Shown: positions 41,488 to 55,129, numbered from the stretch's first letter. The stretch is 64,000 bases of DNA from Zootoca vivipara (GCF_963506605.1 NC_083289.1:27838001-27902000); one strand, 5' to 3'. Translations and numbers: made by a program. Notes: generated by a model from the sequence alone, not told the origin.

Positions 41488-44400
41488 CTCTAGAGCATGA
41501 CAGCCAGTCACGTTCTTCCACTGAAGAACAAACAGAATCCAATACTTTGTTGTCACCTAACTTTTCAAAAGCTTAAACTTTTGAAAGCTTAAATGGCTTT
41601 TTTGGGGGGAGGGGAAGACTAGACAGATTTGTGGAATAGGAGGAGAGCTCTCTCAGGTCCTAAATGGAGCCCCTATTTTCAGAGGCAGTCTACTTCTGAA
41701 TAGCAAGTGTGCAGAATAAGCACCTTTGAAAAACCCCAAAAGCTCTTGCCTGGTCATGTCACAGCTGGAAGCAAAACTACTGGTGAGCTATGGAGAGGGG
41801 GCTCCTGCACCCATCTGGGTAGGTGACTCTTGGGGTCTTCTTTACTACTTGTGTAGTTAATGAGCATGTAGGGAAGATAGCAGAGCATATCCTAAAGTCA
41901 AAACTGGCACCACTTTTCTTGTGGGTGGGGTGGGGTGGGGTAATAGATTTATTCAGAAACTAGTTATTTCAGACTCAACCCTCAAGCGGTTGGTTGTGGG
42001 AGGCCAGTGAATGGTGGGTGAGTCACTTTGACAGAACTGTGACTTAGCAAGAACTCTGAAGCAGCTGGATATAGGAAATGATAACAGGTTAGCTCCATGT
42101 TCTCTTACCTGCCTATTTCTACGCAAATGGATATCATTAGTAACTATCTACAAAGGAATTTTCAGGTGCATTATGTCAGTGGTCCTAACCACCACCGTTT
42201 AAAGTAAATAAATATTATCCTCCCCAGAATGCTGATAGGGAGGCTGACCTGCTTAAAACCTGGTGAGTTCATGACAGGGGCGAGATTTCACTAATTGTTT
42301 GCTTTATCAAGGGGTGTGATATGGTTGAGAGATTCACAAGCAAAGGGTGCCTGCACCCAAGGAGCCTACTACACTCCAGAAAGATGCAGACTCCACACCT
42401 TCAATCATATGCACTAGCCCTGCCTAGCTAGCTGTGGGTCCAGTTCTGTTCCCTATGTGGGTGCTGAGTAGCCCTATGCAGCTCCTTGTCATTAATTAAT
42501 TAATACAGTGTCTGTGTTAACATTAATTAACGCAGTGTCTGTGTTTTAAGCACCAATGCAAATTGTGGTTAGTGTCAAAGTTGGCAAGGCATGAGAGATC
42601 TATGATGAGATCCCTTGGCATTTCCTTTGAAGAAAAATATTTGTGGTGGTGGCAGCGCTTGGATAGGAGCCACACTTTCAGAATATAAAAATGCTTGTGC
42701 CACACTGATTTTTTTAATTGATAAGAAATACATTGGAAACAAAAAAGAAACAACTCCTATGTTATAAACCAAGCACTGCTAGAACACAAGTACTTTAAAA
42801 TATGATCACGGGGCATCCAAAAAGTATAAAACAATGCAGCTACATAAGTACATGCATCATTCCCAAAATATACTTATAAACATGCCTCTCACATATGTAC
42901 CTTAAGTATGTATACAAGCTCAATGTGTTTTTGCCAGGCAATCTCATTTATATCAGGTCTAATTTGAAATAAACTCTCCTAATCCTGCCACGCTTGCCAT
43001 CCTCTCCTGTCACACCAGTGTGGCACACACACCCCTTTGAGAGCCACTGCTCTCAAAGGTGTGCTGTGCTCAGGATGAAGATGCATGAGTTACTAAGACA
43101 CCTGGGTCAGTTCTTGTGAGATGCTCCAAGGAAAGTTCTCTCTGCAGCAGAGAGATGGAGGGTTAGAGAAAAGGATGTGGGGAGAGGGGAGCAGCAGACC
43201 AATCCATTTGACCCCCCCTGGGCTTCCCTCCCCCCTTTGAGATCCAATCATAATTCTCCTGCTATGCCACCTAGTTTAACCCTTTCTGTCTCTGTGAAGT
43301 TTTAGAATAGAATTGTTTTAATGTATTTCTTGGTGGTTTTACTGTTTTATTCTCATTGTAAACCGCTCTGAATTTATTTATTTATTTAACAATCAAGCAG
43401 TGTATAAATTTTATGAAATAAATAAATAAAAATAAAATTTCCACCATGAGCGCGGACTGCCTAGCAGCAAAGCCACCCCAGGGCTAAAGCATTTTCAGGA
43501 GAAACGGAGATTGGTCCTACGGAGAAGGAGGAGGCGGAGGCGGGGAGGCGGCAGGAGGACCGGGTGCTGTGCCCAGCGCTGCCTTTGCAGAGCCAGGGAG
43601 CCTGTTCGCTCAGTGTCAACGGGAGAGAGATCCCAGCTTGGAAAGGCAAAGAATCTCCCGGCCTTTAGCAGGCGAGGAGTTAGTTAACCCAGGCTGGGAG
43701 GCGGGTGGTCCTGCTGCAGGTCCGGCCTTCCGGAGAGGCGGCTCGGAGGGCTGGGCCAGGCTTGCTGCCAAGCCCATGGGAAAATCTGTCCCGTGGAGAG
43801 GATTTCTTCTTCTTCTGACTCCTTGCTCTCGGACTAAGTCACACAAAAAGAGAAGCCAAGATCCTGGGCTAGACCCCCTCTTTCAGAGGAGGGGTGCAGA
43901 AGCTGGAGCGGGCCGCTTGGGGCGCTGTTGTTGCTGCTGCACGGTTGGGTCTGAGGCCAGGATCGAGACCAGGAGACCCATCCTGAACCAGCAGGAACCG
44001 GGTTGAGAGACACAGTCAGGATCCTTGATCCCAGCCGGTGGGCGGGGGGGGGGGGGCATAAGAGGCAGGAGCGGCTGCTGCCTCAAGCTCTGTGGCAGAA
44101 TCAATCCACCCAGGGATAGGCGCCCTTGCAGGCACTCCAGGCACCCCTAGGATGGAGGCAGGAGCAGCTTCGGGCAGGGGTGAATAAAGGTGTCATAAAA
44201 AGGGACAAAGGTCCCACCCGAAAACAGGTAATCAGCCCAGCCGTGTTGGCTGGGAAAACACCAGCCAGACTTGGCACAGGTTTGCTTCCTGCAGCTCTCC
44301 ATGAGCACTGGAGAGAGCAAAAGAGACGGGGTGCCCCCGCCCCGTATGCCAGTTCCACTTGGCAGCCTCCCAAGCCCTCCTGTACTCTCAGCAAAGAGGG

Positions 44401-44599
44401 CTAGGCTTGAAGGGCAGGTGCTGGGAGTGGGCCTGATACCTAGGTTTGGACGTTGCACATCCTTTCTGGCAGTGCTCTCTCCAAGGTAGCGTAGTGCCAC
44501 AACCTTTCCTAGCCTGATACCCTTCTGGTTATTTTAGACAGGCAGTGGCCAGGGATGATGGGAGCCTCATGACTGGAATGTAGTGAGGGGTATAACCTA

Positions 44600-45400
44600 T
44601 TCAAAAGCAATAGGCCAAACAGGAAGGGAGGAGGAGTAGCATTATGTGGAAAGGTGGATCAGGGGGGATGCTTTCAGTAAGGCTTTTGACAAAGTCTCCC
44701 ATGATGTCCTTGCAGAGAAGCTGGCAATATGTTATTGTTAGGTGGAGTCGTAGCTGGTTGACTGACTGAACCCAAAGAGTGCTCACCAACAGTTCTTTGC
44801 CATCCTGCAAAATGACAAGTAGGATGCTACAGGATTCTGCCCTGTTCAACATCTTTATGAATGACTTGAATGAAGTAATTGAGCAGATGCTCCTCAAATT
44901 TGCAGATGACACCAAACTGGGAGGAGTAGTTAATACCTCAGATGATAGAAACAGTACTGCTCTATTCTGCCTTGGGTCAGACTCCACCAGGTGTCCTGTG
45001 TCCAGGTCTGGGCACCACAGTTTAAGAAGGATATTGACAAGCTGGAAATCATGCAGAGAAGAGTGAACAAGATGATAAAGGGTCTGGAAACCAAGCTTTA
45101 TGAGGAATGATAGCCATCTTCAAGCATCTGAAAGGCTATCCCCATGGAAGACGGAGCAGGTTTGTCTTCTTCTGCTGCAGGGTATAGAACCCAAACCAAT
45201 GGACTCAAATGACAAGAAAGGAGATTCTGACTAAACCTTAGGAAGAACTTTTTGACGGTAAGAGCTGCTTGACAGGATACCTCAGAAGTGGTGGACTCTC
45301 CTCCATTGGAAGCCTTTAAATAGAGGTTGGATGGCCACATGTCAGGAATTCTTTAGCTGTAGCTAGATGACCCTTGGGACACTATCCAATTCTATGATTT
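44600..45400 (+). mobile_element. CR1 LINE fragment with degenerate reverse transcriptase
   Basis: Translation gives LFNIFMNDL..LLKFADDTKLGG (CR1 RT motif); ends in a TTCTATGATT tail. Confidence 0.88.
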
Positions 45401-46548
45401 CCAACATCTTCCCAACTTCATGATTCCCAAGGCATTCGAGGGCACCAGGTTGGGGAAGGCTGACTGAGGACAAATCCAGACAATAACCAGATTCCCCATG
45501 CAGCACGTTTATTTGCTTACTTGTTTAGATTTCTGCCCTAGTTCAACTTTAAAAAGCGACGCACATTGGGGCAAAACACCCTAATTTCACATAGATGCTT
45601 TTGGGGTGACTGACCAGAGGATCTCGGGGTTGTGGTGAAAGCTCAAAATGTCAAATTAGTGTGTGGCAGCTGTGGGGGGGGGGGTGGAGCAGCAAAATGC
45701 TGCTCCTACGTAGGGGTCATTAAGACAGGGGCTGAAAATAAAACTGCTGGCGTCATAATGCTGTTATACAAATTCATGCTACAAACACACTTGAAATACA
45801 GTTCTTGTTACTGCACTTCAAAAGGAATATTGTAGAGCTAGGAAAGGTTCAGAAAAGAGCAGCTAAAATGATGGTGGGTGTTGGACTTGGCCCCATGCCC
45901 ATGGCCCTCCTCTTCCCGAAACCCCCAGCCCAGGCCACTCTAGGGCTCTCCTTCAAGGAGCAAGTGCTGCCTTTGCTTTCTTTGTTCAAGCAAAGCAGCT
46001 CCTTTCCTGGCAGCCTTGACTCAACATTCATCTGGGGAAAGCAGAAGGGGAAAACCCTCTGTAACCTCTTTTTCAGGACCTCCCCACTTTGCCAGGTTTG
46101 CATCCCTGTCTGTACTTAGCCCTTGCAGGGATGTAGGATACCTCCATTCTTCACACAAGGACCGCAGTTCAGTGGCCACCCAGGTGCCTCCTCCAGGATT
46201 TCCCCCCCTCTGCCTCTGGCTCCATAGGGATCCAAGCCAGTCTGTTGGCTGACCGCTCTAGTGTTTCTCCCCCTTCCCTTCCCTTCCCTTCCCTTCCCTT
46301 CCCCCAGAGTTCCTTTTATAGAAGGATCTGAGGCACTTAAGAACATAGAACCTAAGAATAGTCCTGCTGGGTCAAGCTGTGGCCCATCTAGTCCAACATC
46401 CTGTCCTCTCAGTGGCCAACCAGATGTCTCAATGGGAAGCCTGAAAGCAGGACATGCATGCATTCCCTTGCAGCTGCATATAACTCCAGCTGTTTGCTGT
46501 CAGGGATTTGCTCCCTGTAGAATGAGGCTCTGATTTTGCATCCAAGCA

Positions 46549-47249
46549 CCGTATTTTTCGCTCCATGAGACTCACTTTGTTCCTCCTAAAAAGTAAGAGG
46601 AAATATCTGTGTGTCTTATGGAGCGAATGCGTGGTCCCTGGAGCCAAATTGCCCAGGGGTGAAAGGCAGATCTTGCTTTTTTAAAAAAAGAATAAAGAAA
46701 GAAAGAGCTAAAGGCTAACAAGAGGGAAAGAGAGTGTTGAAAGGACCCACTCAGCAGCTGGTTGCAAGAGATTGGGGAGGGAGATAAGGGAGCTAGCTCC
46801 CTTCCCTGCCCCACCCAGGCCCCTTGCCCAGGCCTCAATAGTTGTCTGCAGAGGGAGGCTGCTTGTTTCCCCAGTGACATGTGACTGTCTGATTAGATTA
46901 TCTGTCTGGAAACTGTAGAAATGGGTCCCTTTCCTTTCCTAGAGAAGCTGCGGAACTGTGAGTTGAACCCCATAAAAACAGGATTTTTCCCCTTTGCAAG
47001 ATAAGCTCAACAACTTTGAGCTGATCCTAAAAAATGGAGCTTTCCCCCTTTACAAAAAAGATGCACAACTGTGAGCTGACCCCCCAAAAAAACTGGGGGG
47101 AGGGGGCAAAGGCACATAGGCCTCTAGGAGTTAGCTGCTGTGCCTAGGACAATTCAAGAAAGCAAAATATTTTTTCCTTGTTTTTCTCCTCTAAAAAACT
47201 AGGTGCATCCTATGGTCAGGTGCGTCCTATGGAGCAAAAAAAAATACGG
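46549..47249. mobile_element. Mariner-like non-autonomous element, second copy
   Basis: Colinear with 36474-37208. Confidence 0.85.
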
Positions 47250-47445
47250 TAGGTGGGAAACATAGTGGGATATTCAACTGAGTTTTAGTCAGAGCAGACC
47301 CACTTCAATGAACAATACTAGGTTAGGTCCATTAATTTCAGCAGGCCTACCTGGAGAAAAACATACTGTAGTTGAATACCACCCATAAGGGTGCAGCAGG
47401 CTGGTCCTTAGCAGCCCTTCCCTACAGGAATACAGCAAGTCCCTT

Positions 47446-47577
47446 ACAGAATCGTAGAGCTGGAAGGGACCCTGAGGATCATCTGGTCCAACCCCCTGCA
47501 ATACATCTACCCCATATGGGGATCGAACCTGCAACCTTGGCATTATCAGCACCACGCTCTAACCTGCTGAGCTATCC
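47446..47577 (-). mobile_element. tRNA-Ile-like-headed SINE with CR1 3' tail
   Basis: GGATAGCTCAGCAGGTTAGAGCGTGGTGCTGATAATGCCAAGGTTGCAGGTTCGATCCCC followed directly by a CR1 tail. Confidence 0.7.
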
Positions 47578-48240
47578 ATGAGGGAAGGCTCTACATTGGA
47601 GCTTCTTTTGAAGAAAATGTGAGTAAGAAAGGAGATGAGTGGCGTGTCATGAGTGGTCTGGGGAAAAGTGAGCAGGGAGTTCTGAAAGCTGGGATCGTGA
47701 AGCTGGTTCAGGACGGACAAAAAGGAAGGACTTCTTCACACAGCATAGGGATGCTATGGAATTTCCTGTCAGAAAACGTAGTGATGGTCACCAACCAGGA
47801 TGGCTTTAAAATGAGATCAGAGGAAGTTATGGAGGACAAAGCAATGGAGTGGCTACTAATCATGGTGGCTAGAAGTAGGAAACCTCTGCATACCAGTTGC
47901 TGGGAATCGCGTGTGAGGAGAGCTGCTCCTGTTGCACTCAGGTCCTGCTTGTGGGCTTCTTCTCTTTGAGGCATCTGGTTGGCCATTGAGAAAACAGGGT
48001 GCCGGATTAGATTGGCCCCCTTTGGCTTGACCCAGAAGCCAGCTCTTCTTATGCTCTTATGCATCATAAAAACAAAATAACCATAGGTTCCTTAATGGTC
48101 TTAGAAGAGCCTGCTGAATCAGGCTAATAGCCCATCTAGCCCTGCATCCTGTTCTCACAGATGCCTGTGGGAAACCAACAAGCAGGAACTGAGCAGAAGT
48201 GCACAAGCACGTCCTGCGGCAACTGGGATTCAGAAGCATT

Positions 48241-48475
48241 GTGTGGTGTAGTGGTTAAGAGCGGTAGACTCGTAATCTGGGGAACCGGGTTCGCGTCTCC
48301 GCTCCTCCACATGCAGCTGCTGGGTGACCTTGGACTAGTCACACTTCTCTGAAGTCTCTCAGCCCCACCCACCTCACAGGGTGTCTGTTGTGGGGGAAAG
48401 GAGATTGTTAGCAGCTTTGAGACTCCTTCGGGTAGTGATAAAGTGGGATATCAAATCCAAAACTCTTCTCTTCTT
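48241..48475 (+). mobile_element. CORE-SINE, distinct subfamily
   Basis: GTGTGGTGTAGTGGTTAAGAGCGGTAGACTCG...GGTTCGCG...GGGTGACCTTGG...ACCTCACAGGGTG. Confidence 0.8.
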
Positions 48476-50530
48476 CAAACAGTGGAGGCAGAGCATAGCC
48501 ATCATGGCTAGTAGCTAGTAGCTAGCTCTCACCTCCGCGAATTTGTCTAATAGTATTTTAAAGCCATCCAAATGGTGGCCATCTCTGCCTCCTGTCGGAG
48601 CAAGTTCCACAGTCAGCAGCCTTTGCCCCACACTCAACACTTGCCAAGCCTGCAAGATAAGATGTTCATCAGGAGAATATATATGTTCGTGATGCAGTTG
48701 ATTATTGCTGCTGAATTGTTTTATGGGCTTCCCCGGGGTCACTGGCAAATCGGGAACCCATGAGGACAGATGGCTCAGGAAAACAGCAGTTGGACTATGC
48801 TGAGATGGCTGCTCATGCCTGCTTGCAGCACTGATGAACCTGCACCTTGCAAGGTGCAAAGAGAACAGTTGGCTATCTTGTTTTAGAAAAAGCAGCTCTT
48901 CCCCACTCTGGGACTTGTCCAGGGAGTTTGACTGCCTGCAAAAGGGCTTATCCTCTGCTTTGAACATTGTTCAATTGTCACCCTGGCTGATTCAGATCAG
49001 GAAGTGCTCAAAGTTTCTTTCCAGTCATCCATCAATGCCCTGTTATCACGGCTGAATGAAATAAAGTAATACAACAGGGAAACAATAGCTGGCAGCAAAA
49101 GGAGGGCACTTATGCCACCCCGACCTCAGTAAACAGCAAAGGCGTCACAAGTCTGAGTGGCCCAAGCAACTGCTGAGAATGGCCATAGCTACTGAGCTTG
49201 CATGCAGGAGGTCCCTGGTTCAATCCCCTTTAGCATCTCCATGTAGTAGGGAAAGGAAAGGACAATACTCAGCTACAGGTAGATGAGCCATTGGTCTGGC
49301 TTGGTATAAGACAGCTTCCTCTGTTCCTCTGCTGACCATCGATTCCCACACATCACACCTAAGCAACTCAGAAGCTTCTGCATCCTGAAAGCTGCTCCAA
49401 TGCATTTATGTTTACATTTTAAAATGTGCTCTAAGTTGCTCATAGGGCTTTGGGTAACAGGCAGCCAATGAGTCAAACAAATGAATAAATAATCCCAAAT
49501 ACTAACTGGCCAAAATAGGAAGCACGACAGCTTCACATTTTCCAGTCCTGACAACCCATTCCATTTATCCACTCTGATTTACTTGAAGAATGAGCAAAAT
49601 GAACCAACCTGCAGCTTCCTGAGGCAGAAGGGAGAGCTCTGTGCCAGATGACCAAGAAAAGGATCCTGAAGTTCGTTACGTGGAAGAACTCATGGCTTGT
49701 AAAGTGAAGATGACTTCCAAAGACTATCAAATTGGGCAACCTCCTGTGGGTGTAACATCCCGCTATCGGACTTGCTTAGCTGGTTCTGGGAGTGCCACTG
49801 TGGTTTTGAGGAAAGGGAAGCTGATGGGTCCACGATGTGCCAAAACAAGAAAACTACTGCCCCCTCCCACCCACCCACCCACCCAGATGGGAAGGGAGCC
49901 CTATGCCCAGCAAGGGTTCCGCCATTACCAGGTGCAGCAGAGAGGAATTAGGCAAGCATGGTGGTCACAGCCTGGAATAAGGGAGCCTTCTCTCTTCTCA
50001 GTTGCAGGGTGAATGGGAGCAGCAAAAACAGCAAAGTATTCTGCCTCCTTAAAGACCAACAGATTTCTTATGGCACAAGCTTCAGTCCTCCGCAGTCCAT
50101 GAAAGCTTATGCTAGAAGAAAAGCTGGTTTTCAAGAGGAACACAATATTGTTTTGTTACTATTTAGGAATATGACCCTCTTGTAGGATTGGGGGTTGGTC
50201 TGGATATTATTTTTGGGTCCCCTCCAAGCCTGTGGCTTGATATCTGTCAGATGGGATTCTGTAGAAGGAAGTTCTGAAGTGGTCAGACTAGTCTCTTTGT
50301 TAAAAAGCTGACAGCACTAGCCAAGCCTCTTAAGCATCTTTTTTACATGACAGAAGAGTTGGCCAAGCATAGGTGTTTTGTTGCCTGAAACAACTACCTA
50401 GCGGTGCTTCCACAAGGAGGGGGCAGACTCTCTCTGCGCTAGGACTGCAGAGAGCAGGTTCAGGCCATACCGGTAGTAAAAAAAATAAAAAGTTGAACCC
50501 GCCCCAGCAAGGGCAGATTGGCTAAAAATA

Positions 50531-50710
50531 CTGTATATTCCTGCGTATAAGACTACTTTTTAACCCAGGAAAATCTTCTCAAAAGTCGGGGGTCATCTTA
50601 TATGCCGGGTCGTATTTCTTATATGGCGAGTATATCCCAAACTCTATATTTTAACTGGAAAAGTTGGGGGTCGTCTTATATGCCGTCATCTTATACGCCG
50701 GAATATACGG
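50531..50710. mobile_element. Mariner-like MITE
   Basis: TA|CTGTATATTCCTGCGTATAAGA...TCTTATACGCCGGAATATACGG|TA; partial copy at about 17095-17190. Confidence 0.85.
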
Positions 50711-53700
50711 TATTTACATGGGATATACAATAAATGTGTTCTCATTTTTATGTTAATAATAGATATAATAACATTAATACTTGCTGAGAGTATTAAGATC
50801 CTAATGATGTCAACAACATAAGCAGTCAGACAATCATTGCTTAACCAGCCATGCACTTTAAATGTTTAACTTTTATTTGCAGCCCACCACAATGTGTATC
50901 ACACAATAACTTTGTTGTACTTGCACAGTGTTCATTAAGGAAAACATACTAACGAGACTAGGCATAATACAATGAGACTGTGGTCATACTGCCAAAGCAC
51001 AGCAGTGATTGTTCATATAGAATCAGAAGTGCTTAGTTCACGGCCTAAGTTTGCAAGCCATTATACAGAATTCTGTGTGCATCAATCATGAAATATATAC
51101 TTCGTTAAGAATTACATAAAGCCAGTGCTATTTTTCTAGAAAAAGAGGTGCTGGAGCTCATCACGAACTTTTCCCTTGTTCTCTTAGAATGGCAATGGCA
51201 CCCACCTGAGAGGTGTTGGAGGTGAGCTCCAGCTGGAGAAAAACACCCAGCATAAAACATATGGTAGGCAAGATAGTTGGGCCCTGGATCCCCTTTCCAG
51301 ATCTCCAGCCCTGGTAATTTGTACCAGTTCCCACCCACCACCACTTGTCACCTCCGCCCCTCACCTGGCTGGAGGCCACTTCAGCCTAAGCATAGGAGAG
51401 CAATTGGCCAGAGGCCAGTCTTGGCTTGAACTGGGAAGGCACAGCGGCTTGACACTCTCTCTCCCTCTCTGCTGAAACCAAAATGAGGCCTTTGAGACCA
51501 TCCTGGTAACCTAGCAGGGGAGCAAAACCTGTTGGGGGTGGGAATGCTGCGAGCCCGGCCATCGCATGCTCAGCATAGACATGTGTAAATAAACCTGTAT
51601 CTCACCAAGACACTACCTTCTCCGGTGACCTTGGTTCCTAGGAAACCTAATCCGAGGTTGGTGCTGGCAACCCTAAAGCCTCTCACCACTTGAAGAGATT
51701 TGGGACGCTCACTTTGTTTTGTGTTTACTTTTCTCATGGATCAAGGGATGGGGTGTCAATGCTGTGTAACATGATAAATATAAATATATATATGGCTCCC
51801 CCCCCCTTAGTAGCTGATGTGCCACCTCCTCCTCTTTGAGTCCTTGACTTTGCAAGCAAAGTTGGGGGGATCTTTCAGGGTGGGACAAAGCCTGATGAGA
51901 AAGTGAGAGGGCTGCTGGACAGCCCATGGGCATGGTGTTCCTGTCCCTTGTTTCAAAGAGCTCACAAGCATCCTCCTTTACCTCTTTAAGACTTAAAAGA
52001 CCAAGGGACAGAGCATCGTCCCCATACTTATCTTCAGCTTCAAAAACAGTCTCTCTGCAGCCTCAGGGGAGTGAAGTCCAGAGGCCTGGGCAGAAGGTTG
52101 CCCTAGAGACCTTCCAACGGTGATGACTCTTCTGATGACTCTTTCCCTTTTCCCCTAGACACTCCGCCCCAGCTGGCCCCTTCCAGCTTTGGGCTTTCCC
52201 AGAAAGTTCCCCATATTTAATGCTTGTGGAAGTTAGTGCACAGCTGTTTTGCGCTGAAGGAAATTGCCTCACCCAAGTGACACAACAGATCACTTTCAAG
52301 AGGCCTCATCTGGGCTACCCTCTTCCTGCTGAGAACCATGGCCAAGGCACAGGGAAGGCAATGAGTCAGCCAAGCCAGGCAGTGTTTGTGGCTACAGTCA
52401 AGAAGTGCGGAGCAGGCATGTGGGAACTAGTCCTCAGCGGCAACCAACCCTGATTTAATCCGCCTTGAGTTTGCACTGACACAGCATTCTGCTTGTCAGC
52501 TGCAGCAAAAACAAGTCTCTTGCAGCACCTTATAAACAAGTGACAATAAAACAGCTTGTCTTTGAAGTGCCAAAAGGCTGTTTTTGAGATTGTGGCATTA
52601 TGAGGGGAGGGCTGCCACACCAATACACAGGCTTAATTGCGGCATACAGGGCTGCCCCTTGAAGAGGCTAGCTGGTACAAAATACCACAGGCAGATTATT
52701 GCCACTGGCTGCTTGGAAATACACTGCACTGGCTTCAAAACAAATCCAAATTGGCTTCAGCTGTTTCCAGGCACAATTCCAGGTGCTGATTTCTGACCCC
52801 TAAAGCCCTGCATCGCTTGGGATGGATCTGAGCTCCCAGGAGAACCTGCCTGTTTGTTTAGAGTTCAATCAGAGGCCTTGCCACAGGTGCCCTTGGCTGC
52901 AGGTGTCAGGTGAATGCATGACAACCAAAGACATCCCCCCAAGGCATTAACCCCACACACACACACACACACACATCCCAGTAACACTTGCCCTGACACT
53001 CATATGATCAGCTTCCAGCCACCAGGCAGAGGTTTATTCTCCTAAGCTTTTATGTGGAGCAGTCCATTTGGGGGGAGGGGGAGCCTTTTTTGACGTTGCA
53101 ATGGTTGAAGGGGTCAGAAAGCCTTTGCCAATCAAACACAAATCTCCCCAGAGAACTACCAGGAGATCCTCTCCTCTCCCTTCTGACTGCCCGTGTCCTG
53201 AAGACATGAAGGCAGAAGCCCTGGCATGAGTTCCTCACTCCAACCACCCTTTGCAGAGAGATACCCAGGGCAGAATTTGATGCGCTTCCAAAGGCTTCCT
53301 TTGCTTTGAAAGCTTATCCTAAAGGCGCCACCTTCTGGCAAAACCAGGCCAGTGAAGCAAAGGAAGAAAAAAGGGGGTTGTTCCCAAAGCCTGCCCAGTC
53401 AAGGAGCCTAAGAGGAACCTGCTTGGTTGGGCCAAAAGGGGCACATCTAGTGCAGCAACCTCTCCCCATAGTGGCCAACCAAATACCCCAAAGAGAAGAA
53501 GCCCACAAGCTGGTCCTGAGTCCAAGAGCAGTGCTTTCCCCATTTGCGATTCCCAGCAGCAGGCATTCAGGAGCATACATCCTGCTCCTGACAAGAGGGG
53601 AAACAGGCATTGTGGCCAGGAAGGGGGAAATTAAGGGATGAACGCTGACTTTTTAGCCCCCCCCCCCAGCCTAGCCTATGTTGCCATGATTCAACCTTTC

Positions 53701-54116
53701 CACAACAATACACCATTAGGGGGTGTACAGCCAACAAGGGGCTTAGCTTGTTGATGCAACTGAGTCTAGGAAATCTTCCCCCCCCCTCCAACCACCTGGT
53801 GGTCTTTCTGGGCCGAGAGATATTTAGCTCAGGATGGAGGGTGGTCGCAGGTGGCCAAGAAACGGCCAAGGAAACAAACTTTCCCCACACTCCTCTGCAG
53901 AAAGAGGCAGGCAGACTGGGGAGAAATTGAAAGATTTTATTACAGAATGTATACAGAGAATTGAGCAGAGCTGAGGTTCTCCTGCCAGGCCTTTCCCAGC
54001 TCCTGCCAAACGGCAACTGACTAGGACTCCCCCACCACCACCACCAGTTGCTGCTGCCCCCAAAGAGATTGCATCCTGTGGCCACCTTTTGGAAACATCC
54101 AGAAGGAAGTAGGGAA

Positions 54117-54296
54117 GGGGCCATAGCTCAGTGGTAGAACATCTGCTTTGCATGCAGAAGGTCCCAGGTTCAATCCCTGGCAGCATCTCCAGGTAGAACT
54201 GGGAATGCCCCTGCCTGAAACTCTGGAGAGTGGCTGCCAGTCAGTGCCACCAAAACTGAACTAGATGGACCCAAGGGCTTGACTCAATGTAAGGCA
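54117..54296 (+). mobile_element. tRNA-Ala(TGC)-headed SINE with CR1-type tail
   Basis: GGGGCCATAGCTCAGTGGTAGAACATCTGCTTTGCATGCAGAAGGTCCCAGGTTCAATCCCTGGC... Other copies at about 1410-1585(-), 24660-24815(+), 26795-26968(-), 49180-49325(+) and 56965-57145(+). Confidence 0.8.
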
Positions 54297-54298
54297 AG

Positions 54299-54480
54299 GC
54301 TGTGCCTGGAGGAAGAACTGTGAGGGGAGAGACTGATCAGGCAAGGCCTCTTTCCACCTGCCTTGCCTCGCCCCCTCCGGCCCTGGGACTCCTCATAAGG
54401 AAGCTGTGCCTGGAGGAAGAACTGTGAGGGGAGAGACTCCATCAGGCAAGGCCTCTTTCCACCTCGCCCCCTCCGGCCCT
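54299..54480. repeat. ~100-bp imperfect tandem duplication
   Basis: GCTGTGCCTGGAGGAAGAACTGTGAGGGGAGAGACT...CCCCCTCCGGCCCT x2. Confidence 0.9.
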
Positions 54481-55129
54481 CCAGTCTCTATTTTTGTATT
54501 GTATTGTTTTATGCACTGTGGCTTGCTGTTGTTTTATTGATTATTGTTTTGAAATTATTTATTGTAAATGTTAAGAGTGGGTTTCTGTTTAATTTTCATA
54601 TGCTGATATTATTCTATACTATTGTAATGATTGTTGAACGTTACATTATTTGATTGCTTATTTTAAAGCTATGTTTTATTATCATATTTTTGTATTGCAT
54701 TAGATTGCTATAAGGTTGTTTTGTATTTCATGAGATTCTGTTTCTTCAGCTTGTAAACCGCTTTGAGTATTGTATGATAGAAAGGCGGTATACAAATTAA
54801 AAGTGATGATGATGATGATGTTCCTGTGTACTTAAGGAAAGACCTCCACCAACCTTTCACCTTGTACATACAGAGAGATGACCAAACGCAAAGACCACCA
54901 CAATCCTGTGTAAATCTCTAGTGTGAAATGGATACGTTATTATGCTCTATGGGATGTTTTCAGCATTGATGGAACAACCGTCAAGTTGTATTTTGTTAAA
55001 TTTGTTTATTGGTTTCACACACAAAAAAAAGTTATTTACGCAACAGGTCAGCCAACATCAATAAGGGTTATGTTCCATCTATTGGTGCAATATATGACAA
55101 ATCTATCCAGCTGGCCAAGAAGGATCAGA

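Noticed and set aside
47508-47577. Genuine tRNA-Ile(GAT) gene
   Set aside because: The acceptor stem is broken, there is no poly-T terminator, and it is fused to a CR1 tail, so it is a SINE head. The same applies to the Ala- and Lys-like heads.
53100-53150. TTTGATTGG on the minus strand resembling the start of an AP3S2 exon
   Set aside because: Only about 9 nt match, with no upstream AG acceptor and no continuing peptide similarity.
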